Source of the DNA: SAR86 cluster bacterium
GTDB taxonomy: Bacteria; Pseudomonadota; Gammaproteobacteria; Magnimaribacterales; TMED112
DNA: 64,000 nt
NCBI GenBank assembly: GCA_016779525.1
Contig: JADHNL010000001.1
Span: 13,109 to 77,108 of the forward strand
Direction of reading: 5' to 3'
The translations under genes were made by a program, and so were the position numbers. Every line of letters starts with the position of its first letter. Position 1 is the stretch's first letter. Shown piece after piece: positions 48,367 through 58,708 of this stretch. Under the pieces are notes generated by a model, which saw only the letters and a list, made by a program, of their open reading frames with translations, was not told the DNA's origin and ran no database searches.

Positions 48367-49536
48367 ATGAAAAAGAATATAGCAATTTTTGGAGCTGGAT
48401 ATGTAGGCTATTCAATGGGCCTTCTATTGTCTACAAAAAATAAAGTTACATTTTATGAAGTTTCAGACACGAAAATTGACAACATAAACTCAGGAACCTC
48501 AATCTTTTCTGACCAAATGTACATAGAATTTCTTAAAGCAAATAAGCTTGAGGCTAGTGCAAGGCATTTAAATGATCTTAACTTAAAAGCATGTGATTAT
48601 GCTGTGATTTCACTTCCAACAAATTTTGATGAAAATAAAAATACTTTTGACACCAGCATTATTGAAAGTGTTATTGCAAAGATTACAAAACTAAACCCTC
48701 ATGTCCCAATAATCATCAAGTCTACTATACCCCTAGGCTTTACCAAATCTTTACAAAAAAAATGCTCTAATGAAATCATTTTTTCGCCTGAATTTTTAAG
48801 AGAGGGTAAAGCTTTAGAAGATAATCTAAAGCCATCAAGAATAATTATTGGTGACACCACCCCTGCTGCGCATGAGTTTGGAAAAATGCTGAGAGAAATT
48901 GCTTTGAATAATCCTGAAATCTTATTTATGCAATCTACTGAAGCTGAACTGGTAAAGCTAGGTGTAAATACTTATCTTGCTACAAGAGTTGCTTTTTTTA
49001 ATGAGCTGGATAATTTAGGCATAAGCGAAGGCATTGATATGGAAAAAGTCATTTCAGGTATTTCGCTAGATAAGAGGGTGGGGCAGTTTTACAATAATCC
49101 CTCTTTTGGATACGGAGGGTATTGCTTGCCAAAAGATACTAAACAACTTGCATCAAGTTTCAAAGATATTCCAGCTCCATTAATTAAATCACTCACTGAC
49201 TCTAATGCTCTCAGAAAAGATTTTTTAGTAAATGAAATTTTAAAGAGAAATCCAAAAACTGTTGGGGTATATAGGCTAGTAATGAAAAAAGATTCAGACA
49301 ATTTTAGAGATTCTGCTGTTTTTAGAATGATCGAAAAATTGAACAGATCTGGTGTAAATATTATCATCTACGAGCCAACTATAAATCAAGATTCCTTCAT
49401 TGGTTACGATGTAGGTAAAAGCTTTGAGGACTTTGCAAAATTTGCAGATATTATTATCTGCAACAGAACTGATGAAAAAATATCTAAATACAGTAATAAA
49501 GTATTTAGCAGGGATATATTTAACAGTGATACATAA
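48367..49536 (+). CDS. ugd: UDP-glucose 6-dehydrogenase
   Basis: 389-aa ORF with IAIFGAGYVGYSMGLLL, FSPEFLREGKALEDNL and GYGGYCLPKDTKQL (catalytic Cys). Confidence 0.88.
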   Translation: MKKNIAIFGAGYVGYSMGLLLSTKNKVTFYEVSDTKIDNINSGTSIFSDQMYIEFLKANKLEASARHLNDLNLKACDYAVISLPTNFDENKNTFDTSIIESVIAKITKLNPHVPIIIKSTIPLGFTKSLQKKCSNEIIFSPEFLREGKALEDNLKPSRIIIGDTTPAAHEFGKMLREIALNNPEILFMQSTEAELVKLGVNTYLATRVAFFNELDNLGISEGIDMEKVISGISLDKRVGQFYNNPSFGYGGYCLPKDTKQLASSFKDIPAPLIKSLTDSNALRKDFLVNEILKRNPKTVGVYRLVMKKDSDNFRDSAVFRMIEKLNRSGVNIIIYEPTINQDSFIGYDVGKSFEDFAKFADIIICNRTDEKISKYSNKVFSRDIFNSDT

Positions 49537-50833
49537 TCAAAATCATAAGAAGCTTGTTCTAATTGAGCTAAATGAAATTAATTTTGAATATTTAAAAAAA
49601 TATCTCTCTCAGCACCCTAAAGAGCTAGCGAGTTTTAAAAATTATTTTGAATCTCATTATGAGTTTATAACTTCATCAGAGAAAGATTATGTAAATTTAG
49701 AACCATGGATTCAGTGGGTATCAGCCCATACAGGAATGAAATTTTCAGAACATAAAGTTTTTAGACTTGGAGAAATGGTGGATTTTAACCACGAACAAAT
49801 TTTCGAAAAAATTGAAAAAAAGGGTTATAGGGTTGGCTGCATCTCTCCAATGAACTCAAAAAATGATCTTAAAAATCCTGCATATTTTATACCTGATCCA
49901 TGGACTAAAACGTCTAGCTCAAATGACTTCTGGTCAAGGAGTCTTAAAGATCTATTAGTTCAAACTGTAAATGATAATGCTCAAGCAAAAATTTCTGTGA
50001 AATCTATGTTCATTTTATTATTAACTGTACTAAGATTTAGCAGACTTAAATCTTATCCATTGCTAATTAAACTTGTGATTAGCTCTATAAACAAAAAGTG
50101 GAATAAAGCACTATTTTTAGACATGCTTCTTAATGAAATTCATCTAAATTTTTTAAAAAGCAAAAAACCAAATTTCAGCACTATCTTTTTTAATGCTGGC
50201 GCGCATATTCAGCACCACTATTTTCATAACTCAAGGCATTCTAATAGAGACTCCAAGAACCCAGCCTGGTATGCAGAACAAAAACATGATCCAATTTTTG
50301 ATATGTTAAAAGTTTACGATTACATATTGGGTTCGTATGGTGATTTATATCCGACCATTGTGGCTACTGGACTATCTCAAGTGCCTCATGATGAGCCAAT
50401 TTTTTATTATCGACTTAAAAACCACTGCAATTTTTTTGAAAAGTTGGGATTAAATTTTGAAACCATTTTACCAAGGATGACTAGAGATTTTTTAGCTACA
50501 TTTAAAAATTTTGATGACTTAGATCAAGCAAAAAAATTACTTGAAAGCCTAAAAATAAAAAGAACAAACACCCATATCTTTGAAGAAATTGAAGCTAAAG
50601 AACTATCACTTTTTATCACTTTAACTTATCCGATGGAAATAGAAAAAAAAGATATTGTTATAGGAGACAATCAAAAAGAAATTAAATTATCTGAAGATGT
50701 CGTTTTTGTCGCAATTAAAAATGGAAAACATTCTGCTAAAGGAACAATTATGTTGCCAAAAAAAGATTTTGAGATCCCAAATAATGAACAACATGTTTCA
50801 TGCCTATTCAATCTCATAGATAGTTATTTTTAA
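49526..50833 (+). CDS. Uncharacterised protein, possibly a distant alkaline-phosphatase-superfamily member
   Basis: The track ORF starts at 49424 inside ugd; GTG 49526 (11-nt overlap) is more plausible. Weak resemblances to phosphodiesterase/phosphotransferase cores are LVLIELNEINF, EPWIQWVSAHTG, FFNAGAHIQHHY and NGKHSAKG. The usual N-terminal metal-binding D and nucleophile are not evident. Confidence 0.3.
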   Translation: MIHNQNHKKLVLIELNEINFEYLKKYLSQHPKELASFKNYFESHYEFITSSEKDYVNLEPWIQWVSAHTGMKFSEHKVFRLGEMVDFNHEQIFEKIEKKGYRVGCISPMNSKNDLKNPAYFIPDPWTKTSSSNDFWSRSLKDLLVQTVNDNAQAKISVKSMFILLLTVLRFSRLKSYPLLIKLVISSINKKWNKALFLDMLLNEIHLNFLKSKKPNFSTIFFNAGAHIQHHYFHNSRHSNRDSKNPAWYAEQKHDPIFDMLKVYDYILGSYGDLYPTIVATGLSQVPHDEPIFYYRLKNHCNFFEKLGLNFETILPRMTRDFLATFKNFDDLDQAKKLLESLKIKRTNTHIFEEIEAKELSLFITLTYPMEIEKKDIVIGDNQKEIKLSEDVVFVAIKNGKHSAKGTIMLPKKDFEIPNNEQHVSCLFNLIDSYF

Positions 50834-50923
50834 ATAGATTCAATTTAAGTGCTTGAGATGAGAGCTTTGGAACATAAATATTTCATTCAAATTGCTTTGT
50901 TATGTTATATTTACAAAAATTAT

Positions 50924-53329
50924 ATGAAATATCTTTCACTACAAAACAAGCTATATAAGCTGATTTTCCCAATTTTTTTTATCACATTTTTAGCATCATC
51001 ACAGGAGCTTCCTACAAATTTCGATGAGTTGGATCAGGATTTATTGCTTCAATTAAAACGTGATGTTGAGGAATCTAAAAGCTCGATAGGACAAGAACTA
51101 GATGAAGCTGATTTTGCCCAAAATGACCTTTCAATTGATTCTGAGCTACAAGATGATGAAGAAGATAAAGAACAAGAGGTTCAAAAGTCAAAAATCTTTG
51201 GTCATGACTATATTCGAAGTGTACCTAAATCAATTTCTGGTACCTCTGATTTACCAGTTCCTAATGACTATTTAGTTTCATTGGGTGATGAAATTAATGT
51301 TGTATTGAGTGGCAGCAAAGATGCTTTATATTTCTTTAAAGTTGGACTTGATGGGGCTATTCAAATACCAGAGGTTGGTACGGTAAATGTATTTGGACAA
51401 ACAATACAAGAAGTAAAAGCTTTAATCAAAAACTTGGTAAGCCTTGTATTTGCTGGTACTGAGGTAACCGTTAGCCTAGGGTCAATTTCAGCAAAGAAAA
51501 TTAATATATTAGGAGCAGTAAAAAATCCAGGCAGTTATTTAGTTAATCCATTTTCAACAGTTTTCACTTCTCTTGCTTATGCAGGCGGGTTTGAAGAATA
51601 TGCATCACTTAGAAATGTAACACTAATTCGAGGTAAAAAGAGAATTTCAATCGATATGTATGATTTTTTGATTTTTGGGGATAGAGATGTAGACATAAAT
51701 TTACAGCAAGGAGATACTATTTTAATTGGTTCTTCAGCAAATTTCATAGATATTTCAGGAGCAGTAAATAGAGAGTTTATTTATGAATACATATCTACAG
51801 ATACGGTGAATGACTTGCTTACATTTTCACAAGGTTTAACTAAGTTTGGAAACAAGAATGAAATAGCTCTAGAGGAGCTTAAAGGCAATAATCGTATAGC
51901 ATACAAAGCGTCTTTAGCAGAAGAAATTGGCGAGCGAACAATTACAAGATTAAGAATTGGAAGAAAAAGTGTTGTTAATAATCTTGGAATCTCCATTGAA
52001 GGAAATGGAGTTGAGGAGAGGTTTTTTTTACCATCATCTTTTAAAAATTTAAATGATTTAGTTTCTAGTCTAGAGTTTTCTGATGATATCTACCCATTCT
52101 ATGCAAAATTAGAGCAAGATTCAGAAAAAGGAATGATAAAAGAAGTTATTTCTTTCTCAATATTAGATGTAGAAACACAAAAAAATATAGAACTTAAGAA
52201 CAATGTTAAATTAACTTTTATGTCTAGAGAAGATATTGATAATATTCAATCATTGCTATACTTCAGCTTACAACAAGGGGAGAATCTATCCAACACTACA
52301 GACCCTTCTAAATTTGATTATTTACAAAATGTTGACCAGGAAATTTTAGAGGATGAAAACTTATTCAATATTCTGAAGATTATTCAAACGACTGATTTAC
52401 TTACCCTAAGCATTGGCAACAAAACATTTTTTGCACCAGCTAAAGGTACTTTTACGCCTCGCGCTTTATTTAACTATTTTGGATTTGATCAATCTGTTAA
52501 TGAAAGCACTGTAACAATAAGTACAAAAACTGGATTATTGAAAAGTTCATTTAATCTTGAAGTTAGTGCTGATGATGTAAATCAAATTAATTTTCCAGAA
52601 TCCAAAGTGACTAACTTTCTTCTTGAAATATCTGGTCAAGTAAATAATCCAGGGACTTTTACAGTTAACTCAGGAATGACACTACAAGAGGCATATGATA
52701 TGGCTGGTGGCTTCACTGAAAAAGCTGACACTACAGCAATTATCTTTACAAGAAAATCAATTATCGAAAAAGAAAGAATTTCAACCGATCGTGCTAAAAG
52801 AGATATTGTAGACTCAATTATCTCACAATTTGCAAACCCTATTAATTCGACTTCATCTAATCTTGAAGGCTTGCTACCTTTAATAGAATTAGTAAATCAA
52901 GATATAACCGTAGGTAGATTAACCGGAAGGTTAGAGCCTGGTTCAAGTAATGCAAATTCAATTACTTTGGAACCTGGAGATAAAATCTTTATCCCTTCTG
53001 TAAGTAATTCAATTACAGTTCTAGGTGAAGTGTTGCAACCTATTACAACCATCTTTCAGGAGGGTAAAAATTTTCAATATTACTTAGAATCTGCTGGAAA
53101 TTATACTGAGTATGCTGATAAGAGCAGTATTTTTATTATTAAGTCAAATGGAACATCGGAACCAGTACCGCTCAGGAAAGCTAATAAATATATTTTGCAG
53201 CCCGGCGATACAATTGTTATACCGAAGAATATTGACAAGATAAATACTTTGCCACTTGTATCAACATCGGTAAAGATATTATCAGACATAGCATTTGCTG
53301 CAGCATCATTAAATATTCTCAGGAATTAA
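50924..53329 (+). CDS. Wza/OPX-family polysaccharide export protein, long multi-SLBB form
   Basis: ATG 50924 gives the signal-like start MKYLSLQNKLYKLIFPIFFITFLASSQ. The Poly_export motif is YLVSLGDEINVVLSGS...VGLDGAIQIPEVGTVNVFGQTIQEVKALI. Repeated SLBB-like units follow (ILGAVKNPGSY, ISGQVNNPGTF, VLGEVLQPIT, each with LQxGDTIxIP-type ends). Confidence 0.72.
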   Translation: MKYLSLQNKLYKLIFPIFFITFLASSQELPTNFDELDQDLLLQLKRDVEESKSSIGQELDEADFAQNDLSIDSELQDDEEDKEQEVQKSKIFGHDYIRSVPKSISGTSDLPVPNDYLVSLGDEINVVLSGSKDALYFFKVGLDGAIQIPEVGTVNVFGQTIQEVKALIKNLVSLVFAGTEVTVSLGSISAKKINILGAVKNPGSYLVNPFSTVFTSLAYAGGFEEYASLRNVTLIRGKKRISIDMYDFLIFGDRDVDINLQQGDTILIGSSANFIDISGAVNREFIYEYISTDTVNDLLTFSQGLTKFGNKNEIALEELKGNNRIAYKASLAEEIGERTITRLRIGRKSVVNNLGISIEGNGVEERFFLPSSFKNLNDLVSSLEFSDDIYPFYAKLEQDSEKGMIKEVISFSILDVETQKNIELKNNVKLTFMSREDIDNIQSLLYFSLQQGENLSNTTDPSKFDYLQNVDQEILEDENLFNILKIIQTTDLLTLSIGNKTFFAPAKGTFTPRALFNYFGFDQSVNESTVTISTKTGLLKSSFNLEVSADDVNQINFPESKVTNFLLEISGQVNNPGTFTVNSGMTLQEAYDMAGGFTEKADTTAIIFTRKSIIEKERISTDRAKRDIVDSIISQFANPINSTSSNLEGLLPLIELVNQDITVGRLTGRLEPGSSNANSITLEPGDKIFIPSVSNSITVLGEVLQPITTIFQEGKNFQYYLESAGNYTEYADKSSIFIIKSNGTSEPVPLRKANKYILQPGDTIVIPKNIDKINTLPLVSTSVKILSDIAFAAASLNILRN

Positions 53330-55251
53330 AGATTGCGTAATAAATAACTGAATTTTTTTTCGCCTGATATCGACCAATGGTCACCGTCGGACCAGAAAAT
53401 TTCATTACAATTAATAAAATCTTCAGACATTAAAAAATTAGTTACTTTTTGCAACGAGATATAGTTTTCTGGGGGGAAAGTATCCTCAAAGTATTGATCA
53501 AGTGATTTAAATGCTAAGCTAAGATTATCTCTTGCTTTAAATTCATGGCTGCAGAAAAATTTCTTTATATATTTATTTTGAATATGGGGCTCAATTCTCG
53601 GACCTATTACAACTAAGGTTTTTGGAAAAATTTTTAGATTCTCCTTTAGTTTTTTAACTCTTTCAATTTCGACCCTAAATGACGAACTTTCATCATTTAG
53701 AGCTAAACGCTCAAGTGAATATTTATTATCTAATTTTTTACCATCTTGGCTTAGAAAAAAATATCCAGCTTGATGAAAGTATATTTTTTTAAATATCTCA
53801 GGATAAAGTTTTAGGAAATCACTTAATTCCTGGAAATAACAATTATTTACCGTTATATGTCCTTGGCAAAAATTTGCTGCTATTCCAACAATAAACTTTT
53901 TATTCTCTAAATATTGATATGAGTTGAAAATATCTTTTGCATGACTATCTCCAAAAAATAAGACTCCTTTTCCAAAAGTCTTTGCGCATTCTAAGATTCT
54001 TTCCTTAAATTCTATTGAAAAATCATTTTTGCTAAATATGCATTCACTATTATCAATAAATATGTCTTTCTCATTTTCTTGTTTTATCTCTTCAAGTAAA
54101 TTAAGTGTTCTCAATTCCTCGTAATTTAGATTAGCAAAGTAGTTTGAACGATTGCCATCTGTTTGAATTGAATAAATTGCAATAGAAATGCTTAACAGAA
54201 ATGGCATACTTAAAACTAGTGCAGTTTTTGAAAAACTTAATTGAGACTTATACCTAACTCTAAAAATTTGTTCAAAATATTTCCATGAAATTATGCTCAT
54301 CAAAATTGAGAGTATTGTAAAAAATATTATTTGGTAAGGTTCAAGATCAATATAGTATATTTTTGCAAATGCAAAAATAGGCTGATGAAAAAGGTAAAGG
54401 CTATAACTTATCAACCCAAAAAAGATAGATACTTTATTCATCAATAATGCATTTACAAAACTATAATGACTCTTAACGCTTAAAATCATCAATGTGCCAA
54501 TTACTGGCAAAACCATAAATAAATTTTTTAATTTATTCTCTACACTAAAAAAATAAAAACTTAGGAATAAAATTAAAAGACCCAATGTCGATAAAATTTT
54601 ATATTTTAGAAAGCCATTTTTGTGTATGTATATAGCTAAAAAAGCTCCTGCCATCAACTCCCAGGCTCTAGTAATGGGTAGATAAAAAGTTGCTGTTTGA
54701 AAGAAAATATTCCCATAGACCCAGAGTGCAAGACTTAAGACGGTAAAAAAAAATATTATTGGCAATAAATGCCTACTAATTGTTTTAACTATAACTATTA
54801 AGAAAATAGGAAAAAATATGTAGAATTGCTCTTCAATTGATAAACTCCATGTGTGCAGAAATGGCATTGATTCCGCATTGGATTCAAAATAATCTATTGC
54901 TTGCCAAAAGAAAAAATTCGAATAAAAAAATATTGAAGAAAATATACTGTATGAAAATTCCTTAAGTTTAATTGGCTCAAAAAGAAATAATGCTGTTAGA
55001 GCTGAGAGAAATATCATTAGAAATAATGCAGGGAAAAGTCTTCTCGCTCTGTTTTCATAGAACCATAAAAAGGAAAACTCATTCTTTTCAATCTTCGGGA
55101 AGATAATGCTTGTTATTAAAAAACCACTGATAACAAAAAAAATATCGACACCAATATAACCCCAGCTAAAGAAAGGTAAGCCACTATGGAACATAACTAC
55201 AGGTAATATGGCTAAAGCTCTTAATCCATCAATTTCTTTTCTGTAATCCAT
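53326..55251 (-). CDS. Acyltransferase-3 family O-acyltransferase with C-terminal SGNH domain (OafA-like)
   Basis: 641-aa ORF. The N-terminus EIDGLRALAILPVVMFHSG is followed by about 10 TMs. The soluble C-terminus contains VLFFGDSHAKD (a GDS(H) block). Confidence 0.8.
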   Translation of the reverse strand: MDYRKEIDGLRALAILPVVMFHSGLPFFSWGYIGVDIFFVISGFLITSIIFPKIEKNEFSFLWFYENRARRLFPALFLMIFLSALTALFLFEPIKLKEFSYSIFSSIFFYSNFFFWQAIDYFESNAESMPFLHTWSLSIEEQFYIFFPIFLIVIVKTISRHLLPIIFFFTVLSLALWVYGNIFFQTATFYLPITRAWELMAGAFLAIYIHKNGFLKYKILSTLGLLILFLSFYFFSVENKLKNLFMVLPVIGTLMILSVKSHYSFVNALLMNKVSIFFGLISYSLYLFHQPIFAFAKIYYIDLEPYQIIFFTILSILMSIISWKYFEQIFRVRYKSQLSFSKTALVLSMPFLLSISIAIYSIQTDGNRSNYFANLNYEELRTLNLLEEIKQENEKDIFIDNSECIFSKNDFSIEFKERILECAKTFGKGVLFFGDSHAKDIFNSYQYLENKKFIVGIAANFCQGHITVNNCYFQELSDFLKLYPEIFKKIYFHQAGYFFLSQDGKKLDNKYSLERLALNDESSSFRVEIERVKKLKENLKIFPKTLVVIGPRIEPHIQNKYIKKFFCSHEFKARDNLSLAFKSLDQYFEDTFPPENYISLQKVTNFLMSEDFINCNEIFWSDGDHWSISGEKKFSYLLRNL

Positions 55252-55302
55252 AACTAGAAGACTATATCTATTTAAGATAACATTTTAATCATATAGATAA
55301 TT

Positions 55303-55839
55303 ATGAAACAAAAATATTTCTTTTCAGATTTAGATGGGACCTTAATTAAAGAGGATATGCTTTTTTTAAACATTAAAGCTATTTTGAAAAAAAATCCTCT
55401 GAAGTTTCTTTTTATTCTTCTATATTCTTGGAGAGGGTTACCATGGTTCAAAGATAAAATTGCTTCAAATATAGAGGCAAAAAAATTAGATTATTCAATA
55501 AATAAAGAAGTTCTTAGTTTAATTAAACAAAAAAAAGAAGAGGGGTACATCTGTTGCTTGATTTCTGGATCAAATCACAACCTCGTAAAAGAGGTTTTTT
55601 ATAAATCTATCTTATTTGATGATTATTTTGGTTCAGATGCAAAGGTCAATCTTGTAGGGAAGAATAAGTTAATGAAGATAAAAGAGTTAACATCAAATTT
55701 TGAATATATTGGAAATTCAGAACAGGATATCCCAATTTGGCAATATGCTGATAAAGCTTATATATGCAGCAGTTCTAAAAAATTTTTAGAAAGAGCTGTA
55801 TCATTGTTTCCAGAGATAATAAAAATTAAAGGCAATTAA
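55303..55839 (+). CDS. HAD-superfamily phosphatase (subfamily IB-like); candidate polyprenyl-phosphoribose-5-phosphate phosphatase
   Basis: 178-aa ORF with motif I FFSDLDGTLIKED, LISGSN, and motif IV IGNSEQDIPIW. It abuts the UbiA gene (adjacent TAA and ATG, no spacer). Confidence 0.6.
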   Translation: MKQKYFFSDLDGTLIKEDMLFLNIKAILKKNPLKFLFILLYSWRGLPWFKDKIASNIEAKKLDYSINKEVLSLIKQKKEEGYICCLISGSNHNLVKEVFYKSILFDDYFGSDAKVNLVGKNKLMKIKELTSNFEYIGNSEQDIPIWQYADKAYICSSSKKFLERAVSLFPEIIKIKGN

Positions 55840-56696
55840 TGAAAAATATTCTAAAGTTAATTCGAGTCAATCAGTGGTCAAAGAATATTTTAATTTTCTT
55901 TCCTCTTCTGTTTGGGTTGGGGGATCTTAACCAAATATTTGATTTACTTTTTGGTTTTTTTCTTTTTTCAATAATTGCATCTTCAATTTATATCTTTAAT
56001 GATTTAATTGATAAGGATGAGGATAAAAAGCATCCCCTTAAATCTGAAAGACCAATAGCTTCTGGAAGTATCTCGGTAAGCAATGCATATATTTTGTTAG
56101 GATTATTTTTAAGTTCATCGTTAGTAACATCATATTTATTCTTGCCTACAGAGGGGTTTTATATAATTTTGGCTTATTTAGGATTAAACTCGATTTATTC
56201 TCTTTCTCTAAAAAAATTTCTTATTTTAGATCTTGTTCTTCTCAGTAATTTTTATTTATTAAGAATAGTATTCGGCAGCACGTTTTTTGAAACTGAAATA
56301 AGTGGATGGCTGTTAATTTTTACAAATTTCTTTTTTCTGGCACTTGTTTCCTTAAAAAGATTGGGCGAACTTCGTGCATTGTCAAATAATGCGGCTGGGA
56401 TAAAGTCCTACATTAGGGATGATGAAATCTTTTTCATTATTGTTTCAATCGGAAGTGCTATGTGCTCGGTTATTTTCTATGCACTTTATTTATCAAATAT
56501 TCTGGATGGACTTGGTAATATAAGCTTAATTTTGTTAACTATCCCAATACTAATGGTCAGTTACTTAAGGATAATTCTAATTTTGGTTAGAAAAAATAAT
56601 GCATTAGATCCACTAAGTTTTGTACTTAAAGATATCCCAACTCTTGTTTACGTTGCATCATTTTTAGCTATATTTTATTTGGGCATAAATCTTTAA
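55839..56696 (+). CDS. UbiA-family prenyl-phosphate phosphoribosyltransferase-like (Rv3806c/DPPR synthase-like)
   Basis: 285-aa polytopic ORF. IYIFNDLIDKDEDKKHPLKSERPIASG is the NDxxDxxxD...HPxKxxRPxAxG pattern characteristic of the DPPR-synthase branch rather than quinone prenyltransferases. The DprE1/E2-like genes lie directly downstream. Confidence 0.65.
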   Translation: MKNILKLIRVNQWSKNILIFFPLLFGLGDLNQIFDLLFGFFLFSIIASSIYIFNDLIDKDEDKKHPLKSERPIASGSISVSNAYILLGLFLSSSLVTSYLFLPTEGFYIILAYLGLNSIYSLSLKKFLILDLVLLSNFYLLRIVFGSTFFETEISGWLLIFTNFFFLALVSLKRLGELRALSNNAAGIKSYIRDDEIFFIIVSIGSAMCSVIFYALYLSNILDGLGNISLILLTIPILMVSYLRIILILVRKNNALDPLSFVLKDIPTLVYVASFLAIFYLGINL

Positions 56697-56699
56697 AGC

Positions 56700-58001
56700 A
56701 TGAAAACTTTTTTGTCTAAGTTAAGTGGCTGGGGGAGAGCATCGCAATATTCAACAAAAGTAACAACTCTTGATATAAATAATGTTTCAGAACAAAGCAA
56801 AACTACGTCAATTGCTAGAGGTCTTGGAAGATCATATGGTGATTCCAGTATAAATAGAGAGCTTGTATTAAGCACAAAAAAACTAGATAAAGTTATTTCT
56901 TTTGATAAAGAAAAAGGAATTATCAAAGTTGAATCAGGTCTCTCTCTTAAAGCTCTTCTTGAGGTAATAATTCCTACAGGATGGTTTATCCCTGTAAGTC
57001 CAGGAACTAAGTATGTGACGATTGGGGGGATGGTTGCTGCAGATGTTCACGGAAAAAACCATCATTGCGAGGGCTCATTTGGTAATCATATTGATGAGTT
57101 AGTCATAGTAAATAATGGAAAAAAAATTACATGTAGTGAAGAGAAAAATCATAATTTCTTCTGGAATACTATTGGAGGTATGGGGCTAACAGGAATTATC
57201 TATTCTGTGAAATTCAGACTAAAAAGAATATATTCAGACAAAATTATTCAAAGTACAGTTAAAACAAAAAACTTAAAAGAGACATTAGAAGTTTTTCAGA
57301 ATAACCCTCATTCAGCCTATTCAGTAGGGTGGATGGACCTAAGTGCAAATGGAAAGGAAAAGGGAAGGGCAATTGTTTTTTTTGGTGAGCATGCCACAAA
57401 ATCAACTAATCTTTCTTCTTTTAGATTTCCAAAATTTAAAATTAAAATTCCATTTATTTTCCCATCTTATATTATGAATAAACTATTAATTGATTTGTTT
57501 AATAGATTCTATTTTCTCTTTACCTCAATTTTTCCAAAGAAAATAATTGGTTTAGATAAATTTTTTTATCCTTTAGATTCAATTTTAGACTGGCCAAAAC
57601 TATATGGTTATAGGGGATTTTTTCAGTACCAAGCTGTATTTCCTATGGCTTCTTCATATTTTGCTATTAATGAAATATTAGATTGCTTGAAAAAAGAAAA
57701 AGTGTCATCTGCTGTATCAGTAATTAAGCTATTTGGAGAAGAAAATGCATCACTCTCATTTCCTAGAAAAGGTTTTACCGTATGTTTTGATATCCAATGC
57801 AATCGAGATACTGAGCGCTTGTACGGTTTGCTCATGGATATAACTAAAAAATATGAAGGAGGGATTTATTTAGCTAAAGACCAATTCTGTAAGAAAGAAT
57901 CTATGCCTGACAGAGCAAGATATGAAGAAAAGTTAACGAACATAAAGAATAGTATGAATCAAATGCTATACTCCTCCGAGCAATCAGATAGACTTAAATG
58001 A
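56700..58001 (+). CDS. FAD-dependent oxidoreductase, DprE1-like (polyprenyl-phosphoribose 2'-oxidase)
   Basis: 433-aa ORF with LSGWGRAS, IARGLGRSYGDSS and VSPGTKYVTIGGMVAADVHGKNHH, which align with the GWGR / ARGLGRSYGD / PGT..VT.GG...D.HGKNHH motifs of M. tuberculosis DprE1 as I recall them. Confidence 0.75.
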   Translation: MKTFLSKLSGWGRASQYSTKVTTLDINNVSEQSKTTSIARGLGRSYGDSSINRELVLSTKKLDKVISFDKEKGIIKVESGLSLKALLEVIIPTGWFIPVSPGTKYVTIGGMVAADVHGKNHHCEGSFGNHIDELVIVNNGKKITCSEEKNHNFFWNTIGGMGLTGIIYSVKFRLKRIYSDKIIQSTVKTKNLKETLEVFQNNPHSAYSVGWMDLSANGKEKGRAIVFFGEHATKSTNLSSFRFPKFKIKIPFIFPSYIMNKLLIDLFNRFYFLFTSIFPKKIIGLDKFFYPLDSILDWPKLYGYRGFFQYQAVFPMASSYFAINEILDCLKKEKVSSAVSVIKLFGEENASLSFPRKGFTVCFDIQCNRDTERLYGLLMDITKKYEGGIYLAKDQFCKKESMPDRARYEEKLTNIKNSMNQMLYSSEQSDRLK

Positions 58002-58708
58002 AATTCAAAAATGTTTTAATCATTGGGGCCAACAGCGATATTGCCAGGGAATTTATTTATTTAATCATTGATAAAACAGATTCAATGCTTTTGTTAAGCA
58101 GATCTAATGAAAAACTAATCCAGTTTAAAGATTCCCTTACAGAAAATCATCAAGGAAAAATATCTATATTTTCATATGATGGCTCACTAGAATCGATTGA
58201 TGATTCTTTCAATTTTACTCAAGAATTTGACCTAATTTTCAATGCTGCTGGTTCAAATAATGAAACTAATGTTGATATCGAATCATTTAAGAGCAGTATT
58301 AACTCAAATTTTTCAGCCCCATTCTATTTGACATATCGTCTTTCAAAGACTATGACAAGTGGTACAGTTGTTTCCATTTCATCAATTGCCGGAGATAGGG
58401 GTAGAATGAAAAATATTTTATACGGTGCAACGAAGTCGGCAATGACATCTGCTATGTCAGGCCTAAGGCAAAAGCTTGCAAATTCAAATGTCTCAGTAAT
58501 TACAGTCATTCCAGGTTATGTAAGAACAAAAATGACTGAGGGGCATAAGATGCCAAAAATATTGACTTCCTCACCATCCAGGATAGCAAAACTTTGTTTA
58601 AATGGTATTAAGAGCAGAAAGAATATTATTTATCCAATAGAATGGCTTCTAATTAGCGTTATTTTGAGATTGATTCCAGAGTTTATTTTTAAAAGACTGA
58701 GGTTTTAA
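57998..58708 (+). CDS. Short-chain dehydrogenase, DprE2-like (2'-keto reductase)
   Basis: 236-aa ORF with VLIIGANSDIAREF, SISSIAGDRGRMKNILYGATKSAM (YxxxK) and VIPGYVRTKMT. The C-terminal ILRLIPEFIFKRLRF resembles the DprE2 C-terminus. A 4-nt overlap with the DprE1-like gene implies translational coupling. Confidence 0.7.
   Translation: MKFKNVLIIGANSDIAREFIYLIIDKTDSMLLLSRSNEKLIQFKDSLTENHQGKISIFSYDGSLESIDDSFNFTQEFDLIFNAAGSNNETNVDIESFKSSINSNFSAPFYLTYRLSKTMTSGTVVSISSIAGDRGRMKNILYGATKSAMTSAMSGLRQKLANSNVSVITVIPGYVRTKMTEGHKMPKILTSSPSRIAKLCLNGIKSRKNIIYPIEWLLISVILRLIPEFIFKRLRF

Noticed and set aside
49424-49525. The long 5' extension of the 49424-50833 ORF into ugd.
   Set aside because: It would overlap ugd by 113 nt in a genome where overlaps are otherwise about 25 nt or less. 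GTG 49526 gives an 11-nt overlap consistent with neighbouring genes.
50849-50923. The upstream start (50849) of the Wza-like ORF.
   Set aside because: ATG 50924 yields a proper signal-peptide-like N-terminus (MKYLSLQNKLYKLIFPIFFITFLASSQ), whereas the extension adds 25 non-signal residues.
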